Translations under genes and position numbers: made by a program
In this document: one piece after another, positions 1 to 7,890 of the stretch
How positions within the stretch are numbered: the stretch's first letter is position 1
Layout of the letters: every line of letters starts with the position of its first letter
From: Bacillota bacterium
Lineage (GTDB): Bacteria; Bacillota; Dethiobacteria; Dethiobacterales; Dethiobacteraceae
DNA length: 64,000 bases
NCBI GenBank assembly: GCA_041695355.1
Contig: JBGFRB010000002.1
Coordinates: forward strand, 25,962 to 89,961
Direction of reading: 5' to 3'
The notes under the pieces: generated by a model
Told to the model about the DNA's origin: nothing
Seen by the model: only the letters and a program-made list of their open reading frames with translations
The model's database searches: none

Positions 1-1
1 A

Positions 2-1795
2 ACTTTTTTGCAAATGGGTGCGGAACTGGGCAAGAGTGCGGTGCAGGTATTACCCGCCATAAAAGCAGGCTTCAAAGCCAAGGACGCCTTTGAAAAGGCT
101 GTGGAAAAAGCAGGAAAGGAATTCCTCCGGAACTTGTCTCCTGATGAAAAGGCTTTGGTGTTAATCACCAGGCCGTACGGAATTATTGACCGTCACCTGA
201 ATATGCGCATCCCACAGGAACTGGCCAAAATGGGTATCAAAATTATCCCTAAAGATGCTTTGCCCATAGCCGATTATGATGTGTCTGACTTTTGCGGCAA
301 CATGTACTGGCCTTTTGGACAACATATTCTGGCTGCGGTCCAGATTACCAAGGAACGCCCCAATCTTTACCCGGTATTTATTACAAATCACGGATGCGGC
401 CCTGATACCGCTCTTACTCACTATGTGTCGGAAATTATGGGTGACAAGCCGTATTTGCACCTCGAGGTGGATGAACACTCCTCATCGGTTGGCATCATTA
501 CCAGGCTGGAAGCATTTATGAACAGCCTGCATAATCGCCGCCCACCGGCCGCAGGTGCCGGCTTGCCTAAAGTGACAGTGGCTTCAGCTCCCAGCAGCGG
601 CAAACAACTCTTTCTTCCCGCCCTGGGTCCGCATGTGGCTGCTCTTGCCGCTGCACTGAAGCGGTTCGGTTACGACGCGAAACTGCTGGAGCCTCCGCGT
701 GAGGAAGTCGTGGAGTTGGGCCGTTCATTTACCATTACCAAGGAGTACTTCTCCCTGACGGCCTTGCTCGGCAGCGTGGCGGCTACATTATCGAAAGAAA
801 AAGAGCACCTGGCGAGGACTGCGATTTTGCTCCCCGTGCTGGAAGGCGCCGAGGTTGACGGCCAGTATCCCAGACTCCTGAAGACTTTCCTTAACAAACA
901 AGGCCTGACGCAGGTGGAGGTTGTGGCGCCGTTCCTGGAAGATTTGTTTTCTGACAAGTCACCGTTTGGAGCAGAATTGGATACAGCACTGTTCAGAATA
1001 ATTTTTGCGGTAGACGCCTTATCTGAAATGCTGCTTGACACCAGGCCTTATACTGATCATCCGGCAGAGGCCAATGACCTGTTTGCCCGGTATCTGCAAC
1101 ACCTCTCCTCTGCCCCGGACCTCAAGGTAACGCTGGCTGCTGCCGGAGCAGATTTTGCACGGCTGATAACACGGCCTGAGAACAGGCCGGTACTGGCCTT
1201 GGTGGGCGAACCGTACCTGCTTTACAGGCCGGAGTTGAACGCCGGCCTGGTCGAACGGGCTGAGCGGCTCGGGGCTCAAGTCAGGATAGCGCCGTTAGCA
1301 GAAATCATTTATCATTATTTCCTTGAAAAGCAGGCGGAAGCAAAAGCGAAGAAAGAACTGTTCAGCTATCTCAGATACCGTGCAGTGCTCGGCCGGCTGT
1401 TTGCTGAAGCGGATCAGGTTTTCCCAGGGGCCGGCCCGCTCCTGCAATACCGGGCAGAAAAAATAACCCGCCGCAGCAGAGAGCATCTCAGCTGCCTGTA
1501 CGGCGGTTTTGGCACATACCGGATTGGTAAAGCCCTGCTTGCCCGTGAAGAGGGCGCAGACGGCATTATCAACGTGGCGTCATTGTATGAAAACACAGCT
1601 TTGCTGACTAATATCTTTTCTGAGCGGTTTAAAGAAGACGGCGCCTGGCTGAATATTGGAATTGACGGGAAGAAAAACGAAAACGATGAAATTCGATTGC
1701 AGACTTTTGTGCAGAACCTGCTACAGAAAAAAGACAGAGATGTCATAAACAGAGAGGACGGCGTACGGCTAAGCAGCGCCGGCTCCGTGCGATAA
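2..1795 (+). CDS. acyl-CoA dehydratase activase-related protein, C-terminal part (DUF2229-like); 5' end lies outside the window
   Basis: The frame is open to the window edge, with no stop upstream of position 8. The translation (ITRPYGIIDRHLN, ITNHGCGPD, EVDEHSS) recalls the non-ATPase C-terminal region of large BcrAD/BadFG-type CoA-enzyme activase fusions. This is from memory and needs an HMM search. Confidence 0.55.
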   Translation, partial: TFLQMGAELGKSAVQVLPAIKAGFKAKDAFEKAVEKAGKEFLRNLSPDEKALVLITRPYGIIDRHLNMRIPQELAKMGIKIIPKDALPIADYDVSDFCGNMYWPFGQHILAAVQITKERPNLYPVFITNHGCGPDTALTHYVSEIMGDKPYLHLEVDEHSSSVGIITRLEAFMNSLHNRRPPAAGAGLPKVTVASAPSSGKQLFLPALGPHVAALAAALKRFGYDAKLLEPPREEVVELGRSFTITKEYFSLTALLGSVAATLSKEKEHLARTAILLPVLEGAEVDGQYPRLLKTFLNKQGLTQVEVVAPFLEDLFSDKSPFGAELDTALFRIIFAVDALSEMLLDTRPYTDHPAEANDLFARYLQHLSSAPDLKVTLAAAGADFARLITRPENRPVLALVGEPYLLYRPELNAGLVERAERLGAQVRIAPLAEIIYHYFLEKQAEAKAKKELFSYLRYRAVLGRLFAEADQVFPGAGPLLQYRAEKITRRSREHLSCLYGGFGTYRIGKALLAREEGADGIINVASLYENTALLTNIFSERFKEDGAWLNIGIDGKKNENDEIRLQTFVQNLLQKKDRDVINREDGVRLSSAGSVR

Positions 1796-1799
1796 AAAG

Positions 1800-2744
1800 A
1801 TGCAAAACGGCTGTATTGGCTGCGGCGAGTGCCTGTCCGCCTGCCCCCGCCGGGCGATCAGTTATCAGGATGATACAGTTCAATTTCTGGAGGACCTGCG
1901 TCGGGGTAAAGCTATTTCACTTTTAGTCGCGCCGGCTGTTAACAGTCAGTTCGCTTCGCCTGGAAAACTGTTTGGCTTCCTGAAGCAGTCAGGAGTTGAG
2001 TCAGTTTACAACGTCCTCGTTTACGCGGACATAGCCCTTTGGGCTTATGTAGAGGTCTTGCGCCGTAATCCCGGCGCAGGGTTCATTGCCTCGCCCTGTG
2101 CAGCGGTTTCCCGTTATATTCAATGCCACCTGCCCGGGTTACGGCGGCAGCTCATCCCGGTTTTCAGCCCGCTGCATTGCGCGGCAATCTTTCTCAGGAA
2201 ATACAGGAGAGCGGAGGAGAAACTGGCTTTCCTTTCACCTTGCATTGCGAAGCGGGCAGAAATGCGCACCGTCGGCCGCTCAGTGGTCTCTTACAACATC
2301 ACGATTGGGCGGTTGAAGAAACACCTTGGCGAACAGGGTGTGGACCTTAACGCCTGCCCGGCAGCGGACTTTGACGATGCGGCCGGCGGCAACGGCAGAA
2401 CCCTGGGATTTTATGGCGGGTTGCGTGAAAGCCTGCTTCCCCATTTCCCAAACGGGCGCTTCGAGAAAATCAGCGGCCCTGACAGGGTTTACGAATATCT
2501 GGCTGAATTCACGGAAGCAGTGCGGCGGAAGGGTAAGCTGCCGGACTTGCTGGAAGCCTACAACTGCGCCGACCCCTGTGACGGCGGCCCAGGCACCGGA
2601 CAGGTGCCGGCGCCCGACACTCTCCGGAAAGCGGTTGCCGGTCCCGCCGGTCCTGAGGCGGCGGAGAACCACAGAACAGTGCGGGAAATGTTCCACAGAT
2701 TTAAGCGCGAACTGAATTTGTCAGATTTTATGACATTGTACTAG
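1800..2744 (+). CDS. Fe-S protein with an N-terminal 4Fe-4S ferredoxin motif and an [FeFe]-hydrogenase large-subunit C-terminal-like domain
   Basis: N-terminal CIGCGECLSACP motif, then LVAPAV, ASPCAAV and LSPCIAK segments typical of the Fe_hyd_lg_C fold. It starts 5 nt after the preceding gene. Confidence 0.5.
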   Translation: MQNGCIGCGECLSACPRRAISYQDDTVQFLEDLRRGKAISLLVAPAVNSQFASPGKLFGFLKQSGVESVYNVLVYADIALWAYVEVLRRNPGAGFIASPCAAVSRYIQCHLPGLRRQLIPVFSPLHCAAIFLRKYRRAEEKLAFLSPCIAKRAEMRTVGRSVVSYNITIGRLKKHLGEQGVDLNACPAADFDDAAGGNGRTLGFYGGLRESLLPHFPNGRFEKISGPDRVYEYLAEFTEAVRRKGKLPDLLEAYNCADPCDGGPGTGQVPAPDTLRKAVAGPAGPEAAENHRTVREMFHRFKRELNLSDFMTLY

Positions 2745-2767
2745 TCGGTGTCACCGCTAACTCAGCA

Positions 2768-3325
2768 GTGGAGGCGAACAGAGTGGCCGAGGTTATATGT
2801 GTCAGGGACCAGGGAACAGTTATTCAAATAGCCCACCAGGAGATGCTGAAATACCACGGCTGTTCTTTTGTTGCCGGCGTGGCCATGGCGTTTAAAATGC
2901 TGGAACTGGCGCTGTCCTGTCTGGCCGGCGGGGAAATTGTGTCCCGCGATAAAATCAGCATCCTGCTAGGAGTTGACGGTCCGGGAATTATCGACGGCAT
3001 TGAAATGGTCACCAGGGCGAACACCCAAGGCAGGCTGACAGTCGACCCGCAAATCGCCCGGGATAAAGATGCCCCCGATGCTGCCGACGGACGGGGTGGC
3101 AAATATTACTTTGAAGTAAGATGCAACGAAAAGATGATCAGCCTGGCCTTAAAACACGGACTCATCCCATCCGAATTCATTGAACTGTCGTACAAAGTTC
3201 ATGCCGGTACGATTACAGTGGAGGAAGCGATTCAGCTGCAGAAGCTAAAAGAGATGTTAGCTGACTTGTTGATGGCTTCTGACTCAAGTGATTTGTTTAC
3301 GGTCTTTGTTGTCCGTCCAGACTGA
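2768..3325 (+). CDS. hypothetical protein (185 aa); faint FmdE-like HG-x-C segment
   Basis: Long ORF with codon usage like its neighbours. It has a GTG start with a poor RBS, so the start is uncertain. I recognise no firm family. Confidence 0.4.
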   Translation: MEANRVAEVICVRDQGTVIQIAHQEMLKYHGCSFVAGVAMAFKMLELALSCLAGGEIVSRDKISILLGVDGPGIIDGIEMVTRANTQGRLTVDPQIARDKDAPDAADGRGGKYYFEVRCNEKMISLALKHGLIPSEFIELSYKVHAGTITVEEAIQLQKLKEMLADLLMASDSSDLFTVFVVRPD

Positions 3326-3346
3326 TTTACTTCCTAAGTTTGGCAG

Positions 3347-3375
3347 TTGACGCAACAGGTAAAGCTAGCTATAAT
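3347..3375 (+). promoter_or_regulatory. sigma-A type promoter, TTGACG-17 nt-TATAAT
   Basis: TTGACG at 3347-3352 and TATAAT at 3370-3375 with an exact 17-nt spacer, about 50 nt upstream of the ATG at 3426. Confidence 0.7.
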
Positions 3376-3380
3376 GGTGA

Positions 3381-3395
3381 TGAGAAGGATTTTCA
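3381..3395 (+). promoter_or_regulatory. Fur-family 7-1-7 operator candidate (TGAGAAG-G-ATTTTCA)
   Basis: Matches 11 of 14 positions of the Bacillus-type Fur 7-1-7 consensus TGATAATnATTATCA. It starts 6 nt after the -10 element. It is nearly identical to the box at 7876-7890 (ATGAGAAGGATTTTCATT versus ATGAGAATGATTTTCAAT, 16 of 18). Confidence 0.55.
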
Positions 3396-3425
3396 TTCTT
3401 TACATACTGTCCGGGGGTGATAACA

Positions 3426-4124
3426 ATGACAAGTCTCCCCGCTGCTGTTTTTCATGAAGAGCGAACGGTAGCAAAAAAGGAAACGATAGAAGCTTTTATT
3501 GTCCGCGAGGGCATATATATCTTAGAGGAAGAATTGGACTATTTTTTTGCAAATAAGGCAAAGATGCTGGAGTTGCTGGTGCACAGTATCAATTTCAGTA
3601 AAATCAGTTCCGCGGTACTTCAGGAAAAAATAAACCAGATATTGGGTTCAACTCATGACTTAGAAATGATTCTTGCTAAAATTCAAAGGAGAATCGTAAG
3701 GGAGCTGGACAGAGCCAATTACCGGTATGCTTTTTGTTTAAATATTGCCGATCTGGATCAAGAGTTGCCTCGGTTTGAATCAGATATTACAGAGCAACAG
3801 AGAACACTCAAACTTAGCCGTACCATTGCCAGGGGAATTGATATGGCCTGGAGAAAAGCCGGAAGCAGTTTTCTGCCGAAAAACATGACGAGAGTAACCA
3901 ATACGCTACAGGCGGGTAATTACCTTATCTCTGTTTTTGCCGTAAGTCCCAGACAACAGGAAACCGAAATGAAAGCCGGCTGTCTGAAAGCGGCAAGAGC
4001 GACACTGAAACAATTTCAGGCTGAGCTTTACAATACTCTGGTAAAACAGATAGCGGGGCAACTGTTCACACTTCAGGGTTATTATGAACCGGAGCCCGAG
4101 ATGCCCCTGGTAAAATATGCGTAG
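3426..4124 (+). CDS. hypothetical soluble protein (232 aa); low-GC orphan gene behind the Fur-like box
   Basis: ATG at 3426 preceded by GGGGGTGA. The ORF is closed by an intrinsic terminator. I recognise no family. Confidence 0.6.
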   Translation: MTSLPAAVFHEERTVAKKETIEAFIVREGIYILEEELDYFFANKAKMLELLVHSINFSKISSAVLQEKINQILGSTHDLEMILAKIQRRIVRELDRANYRYAFCLNIADLDQELPRFESDITEQQRTLKLSRTIARGIDMAWRKAGSSFLPKNMTRVTNTLQAGNYLISVFAVSPRQQETEMKAGCLKAARATLKQFQAELYNTLVKQIAGQLFTLQGYYEPEPEMPLVKYA

Positions 4125-4152
4125 CGATAATAACAAAATATTTTAATTAGCC

Positions 4153-4176
4153 GCCCGGGAAACGGGCATTTTTTTA
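4153..4176 (+). terminator. rho-independent terminator
   Basis: GCCCG-ggaaa-CGGGC stem-loop followed by A and a run of 7 T, about 30 nt after the stop at 4124. Confidence 0.65.
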
Positions 4177-4203
4177 TATGCTTTTGCATACACAGGAAAA
4201 TTT

Positions 4204-5040
4204 ATGGAAATGATACCAGATAGATTTTATAGGAGGGAAGAACTGGTGACAGACCTTAATCATGCCGATGAAAAAGCTAAAAAAGGTAACGGAGAGGAAG
4301 GATTGGCACCTCCCTTAAACTATAGTGCCCCAGGACCCGTACCTTCGGGGCACTTTAATCCGTGGCAAACGGCTCCGCCTGGTGGATACGGCTACGTAAA
4401 CCCGGGGACATCGGCCGGGGGAGGCTACGTCAATCCGGGACAGACCGGTTTCCCGGGAAGTAATCCGGGCTATCAACAGCAAAGTACAAAAAAAATCAAT
4501 CAGGAGGGTCCCATGAGCTACGCAGGATATCCGGGAATGTACGGCGCTTATTACGGGCAGGGCATCAGAGATCCGCACTACAGATACGCAACCCCAGCGA
4601 ACTACCCGTATCATTATCACCCTCAACATGATCACTCTTGTTACCATCATCCTTATTATTATCGCTATGGATATAATCCTTACTATGGCGGCGCCGGTTA
4701 CGGGATGAATCCGGCCGGACCCGGCTACGGCGATCCGTGCTGCAGCGGCGCCGGGCCAAACATCTTTACTCCTGGATATTTTTCCTACATGCTGCACAGC
4801 CCCAGGGTAAATAATTTCTTCCGCGCCATTGGTATTTTGACGGTGGGTATGTTACTGATTCCATCGGTCGCAAGGGCTTTACGTCCCCTTGCCGTCTCCG
4901 CTGTTGAAGGTGCTTTGACTGTTTCACAGGAAGTAAAAAATATCTTCAACGATGCCAGGGAAGATGTGGAGGATATGTTTGCCGAGGCTAAGTGGAAAGA
5001 TGGAAAAGAAGCGGGAAAAGAAGGTAACCAGGGCAGCTAG
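4204..5040 (+). CDS. membrane-anchored protein with a roughly 200-aa Gly/Pro/Tyr/His-rich low-complexity N-terminal region and a C-terminal TM plus amphipathic helix module (possibly DUF5132-type)
   Basis: Translation read directly. It has GGYGYVNPG / GGGYVNPG repeats and a His/Tyr patch HYRYATPANYPYHYHPQHDHSCYHHPYYYRYGYNPYY. The C-terminus (FFRAIGILTVGMLLIPSVARALRPLAVSAVEGA) is paralogous to the next ORF. Confidence 0.6.
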   Translation: MEMIPDRFYRREELVTDLNHADEKAKKGNGEEGLAPPLNYSAPGPVPSGHFNPWQTAPPGGYGYVNPGTSAGGGYVNPGQTGFPGSNPGYQQQSTKKINQEGPMSYAGYPGMYGAYYGQGIRDPHYRYATPANYPYHYHPQHDHSCYHHPYYYRYGYNPYYGGAGYGMNPAGPGYGDPCCSGAGPNIFTPGYFSYMLHSPRVNNFFRAIGILTVGMLLIPSVARALRPLAVSAVEGALTVSQEVKNIFNDAREDVEDMFAEAKWKDGKEAGKEGNQGS

Positions 5041-5128
5041 TCGCTTTTGCGGCTTTTTGCAGTAGCATCAATATTTACCTCCTTGCGCAGGAATACTAAG
5101 AATAAAGACTGCGTGAGGAGGTTTTGCC

Positions 5129-5377
5129 ATGTTAAGTTTGTATAGAAAGTTGTTTTACACCGCTCCCTTTCGCAGGGGCCTTTGGTGGGGCGCAGGCACC
5201 GCAGGGGTACTGTGGCTCTTTGGCAAGAACCTGCGGCCGCTGGCAGTGGAAGGCGCCAAGAAATTGATTAAACTGGACCAAGGAGTTAAGGACGCTGTCC
5301 GGCAGGCCAGCGAAGGTGTAAGCGGAATTGTAATGGAGGCCCAGGCCAACAGGTTGAAAGATAAGGAGTACCGGTGA
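5129..5377 (+). CDS. small single-pass membrane protein, paralog of the C-terminal module of the 4204 ORF (possibly DUF5132-type)
   Basis: GAGGAGG RBS. It shares the LRPLAV-EGA-V(K)(N/D) segment with ORF 4204-5040. Its stop overlaps the ATPase start (TGAATG), suggesting translational coupling. Confidence 0.6.
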   Translation: MLSLYRKLFYTAPFRRGLWWGAGTAGVLWLFGKNLRPLAVEGAKKLIKLDQGVKDAVRQASEGVSGIVMEAQANRLKDKEYR

Positions 5378-7714
5378 ATGAGTTTTGGCCGGATTGAAGC
5401 GATCCATTGTTTGCCCGGAAGGGTTCGGGTAAAAATACACGGTTTAAAAGGGAACGTCCCCTTTGCAGTTTCACTGGAAAATACCTTGCGCAGAAACGAG
5501 TATGTTTTTCACGTTAAGGCTAATCCGCAAACGGCTAAAGCCTTAATTCTCTTTGACGGAGAAAGGTTGCCTCCGGAAACACTCTTTGCTGAACTAAAGA
5601 CTGATATACACTATATTTCGCAGAGAGTTGCACCCGTTGACGTCAGGCAAAATCGGATTCAGGCGGGAACTGCAATCAGGCGAAAAGATGAAACGTTTGA
5701 GCCGGAAGATATGCCGCTTGCGGTTCAGGTTGCCCAGGTGGCCGTCACCGGCGCTATCCTCCTGGGGCTGATTTTAAAGAGATATTTTTTTAAAACATCA
5801 CTGCCGGTCTCCTCCGGCAGGGTGAATTTTCTGGCTACGATGACCACAATCATAGCCGGCTATCCCATTATCCGAAGCGGCCTGGAGAAACTGATCACCC
5901 GCGGAAAACTGAATAACGACCTGCTTATCAGTACATCAACAATGGTTGCGCTGTTGTTAAAAGAAAATATTACCGGGCTGGTGGTTGTCTGGCTGGTAAA
6001 CCTGAGTACCCTGCTGCAGACACTAACGATGAAAAAATCACGGAAAGCAATCAAAGAAATGTTACAGGGTAAGGAAGAGACAGCCTGGATTGAAATAGAC
6101 GGTACTGTGGTCTCGATTCCCGTTGACAGCATTGAAGTGGGAAACACCATTCTCTGCTTTATCGGCGACCGCGTACCTGTTGATGGTGCAGTTACCGATG
6201 GCGAGGCAACTGTCAGCCAGGCTGTCATTACCGGTGAGTCAGTGCCGGTAATGAAAACCCCGGGAGACAAAATATATGCAGGTTCCATTGTGGAGCAGGG
6301 CACGGTCAGAATCCTGGTGGAAAAGGCAGGACAGAATACTTCCATTGCCAAAATTGCGGCCATGGTAGAGGATGCTTCCTGTGACAGGGCTCCGGTTGAG
6401 AATATGGCGGACCGTTATGCTGATAGAATTGTTCCCTTCTCATTTGGACTGGCCGCGCTGGTATACCTGTTAACCAGGGATTTCAAGCGCAGCATGACCA
6501 TGTTGGTGGTCGCCTGCCCCTGTGCCGCCAGCCTTGCTACGCCCACTGCTATCAGCGCATCCATGGGTAATGCGGCGCGACGCGGTATATTGGTCAAGGG
6601 AGGGAGCTACCTGGAAAGAGTGGGTAAGGCTGACGTGGTCCTATTTGATAAGACAGGTACGTTAACCGAAGGCAAACCCACCGTCAGAGAAATCCTGCCC
6701 ATGAGCAAAACATTCCCTATTGATATGATAGTACAGCTTGCTGCTTCGGTAGAGTATCAGACAAATCATCCCCTGGCCGGCGCGGTGGTAAAGGCTGCTG
6801 AGGAAATGGGGCTTGAATTGCATCCTGTTAGCCGGAAGGAAGTTATTATCGGCCAGGGCGTCAGGGGAAGCATTAAAAATGTGCCTTTGGCTGTGGGCAA
6901 CTCTACTCTGATGAGAGATATGGGGATTAACATTACGTTGGCAAAGGCCAAAGCTTACAGGCTGCATATGCTGGGGCAAACCGTTCTGTATGTGGCCCGG
7001 TACAACAGGCTGATCGGTCTCATTGCCATCGCCGACAACATCCGTCCTGACAGCCTGACAGCTATCCGGAAACTGCGGCAGGCCGGTATAGAACATATTG
7101 GTTTAGTCACAGGCGACAGCAATGGCACAGCTGACCTGGTGGCGCGGGAATTGGGGCTTGACAAGGTATGGTCGGAAACAATGCCGGCTGACAAAGTACG
7201 TATTGTTCAAAAATTCCAGCAGGCTGACAAAACAGTTGTCATGGTGGGAGACGGTATTAATGACTCGCCGGCTCTGGCCAGGGCTGATATCGGAATAGCT
7301 ATGGGTACCGGGGGAACGGACGTGGCTATTGAATCGGCGGATATTGTGCTGGCTGCCGACGATCCCCTGAAAATAGCCTCTCTGATTAGTTTAAGCAAAC
7401 ATACCCTGGAGATCATAAAACAGAATTTCCTGTTTGCGGTGGGGATCAATATCAGCGGACTGCTCCTGGGAGCGGGCAAGGTGATTACTCCGTTAACAGC
7501 AGCCGTCTTACACAATATAAGCACCTTTGGCGTGGTGGCGAACTCATCGAGGCTGTTTCACTTTAATCCTGATTCCGTGAAAGGAAGGCGCGGTAATGCC
7601 GGAATTAAGCGAACTGGAAGGCAAAATGAAAATGGCTATGAAGGAGCTAAAGGAATGCGTAGAGGTAAGTATGCGGATCAGAGCGGAAGACCCCGAAGCA
7701 AAAAAAAGAATTGA
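5378..7714 (+). CDS. heavy-metal translocating P1B-type ATPase with an N-terminal cysteine-less HMA-like (HMA2-type) domain
   Basis: Motifs TGESVPV, ACPCAASLATP (CPC in the TM helix), DKTGTLT, NHPLA, GDGINDSPAL and HNISTFGVVANSSRL. The N-terminus reads IHCLPGRVRVKIHG. Confidence 0.9.
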   Translation: MSFGRIEAIHCLPGRVRVKIHGLKGNVPFAVSLENTLRRNEYVFHVKANPQTAKALILFDGERLPPETLFAELKTDIHYISQRVAPVDVRQNRIQAGTAIRRKDETFEPEDMPLAVQVAQVAVTGAILLGLILKRYFFKTSLPVSSGRVNFLATMTTIIAGYPIIRSGLEKLITRGKLNNDLLISTSTMVALLLKENITGLVVVWLVNLSTLLQTLTMKKSRKAIKEMLQGKEETAWIEIDGTVVSIPVDSIEVGNTILCFIGDRVPVDGAVTDGEATVSQAVITGESVPVMKTPGDKIYAGSIVEQGTVRILVEKAGQNTSIAKIAAMVEDASCDRAPVENMADRYADRIVPFSFGLAALVYLLTRDFKRSMTMLVVACPCAASLATPTAISASMGNAARRGILVKGGSYLERVGKADVVLFDKTGTLTEGKPTVREILPMSKTFPIDMIVQLAASVEYQTNHPLAGAVVKAAEEMGLELHPVSRKEVIIGQGVRGSIKNVPLAVGNSTLMRDMGINITLAKAKAYRLHMLGQTVLYVARYNRLIGLIAIADNIRPDSLTAIRKLRQAGIEHIGLVTGDSNGTADLVARELGLDKVWSETMPADKVRIVQKFQQADKTVVMVGDGINDSPALARADIGIAMGTGGTDVAIESADIVLAADDPLKIASLISLSKHTLEIIKQNFLFAVGINISGLLLGAGKVITPLTAAVLHNISTFGVVANSSRLFHFNPDSVKGRRGNAGIKRTGRQNENGYEGAKGMRRGKYADQSGRPRSKKKN

Positions 7715-7832
7715 TAACTACTGGGAGCAGTTTCTGTTCCACTTCCTCGAGTATGTCAGGCGGCGGGAAAAAGAGAGCGGAGAAGACCTTTTAAAAAGCA
7801 TCTCCCTGTTAAAATTGCTCAAACTGTTTTAA
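7596..7832 (+). CDS. possible small helical protein (78 aa) overlapping the ATPase 3' end by 119 nt
   Basis: ATG preceded by AGGAAGG at a 7-nt spacing. The product is Glu/Lys-rich and looks helical, whereas the overlapping ATPase tail is an Arg/Gly/Lys-rich low-complexity string. No family recognised. Confidence 0.3.
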   Translation: MPELSELEGKMKMAMKELKECVEVSMRIRAEDPEAKKRIDNYWEQFLFHFLEYVRRREKESGEDLLKSISLLKLLKLF

Positions 7833-7840
7833 AAACGCTC

Positions 7841-7869
7841 TTGACATGAGCGGGTAAAATAAATATACT
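7841..7869 (+). promoter_or_regulatory. sigma-A type promoter, TTGACA-17 nt-TATACT
   Basis: TTGACA at 7841-7846 and TATACT at 7864-7869 with a 17-nt spacer, about 47 nt upstream of the ATG at 7916. Confidence 0.65.
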
Positions 7870-7876
7870 AGTATAT
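7863..7876. promoter_or_regulatory. perfect 14-bp palindrome ATATACTAGTATAT overlapping the -10 element
   Basis: Self-complementary by direct reading. A second inverted repeat, TATATGA (7872-7878) / TCATATA (7894-7900), brackets the Fur-like box. Confidence 0.5.
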
Positions 7877-7890
7877 GAGAATGATTTTCA
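7876..7890 (+). promoter_or_regulatory. Fur-family 7-1-7 operator candidate (TGAGAAT-G-ATTTTCA)
   Basis: Matches 12 of 14 positions of TGATAATnATTATCA. The 19-mer GAGAATGATTTTCAATATC (7877-7895) matches 15 of 19 positions of GATAATGATAATCATTATC. Its position relative to the -10 element is the same as for the box at 3381. Confidence 0.6.

Noticed and set aside
7560-7714. Possibility that the basic tail of ATPase 1 marks a frameshift or pseudogene.
   Set aside because: All catalytic and C-terminal TM motifs lie upstream of the tail and are intact, so the pump is not disrupted. The question was kept only as the overlap finding.
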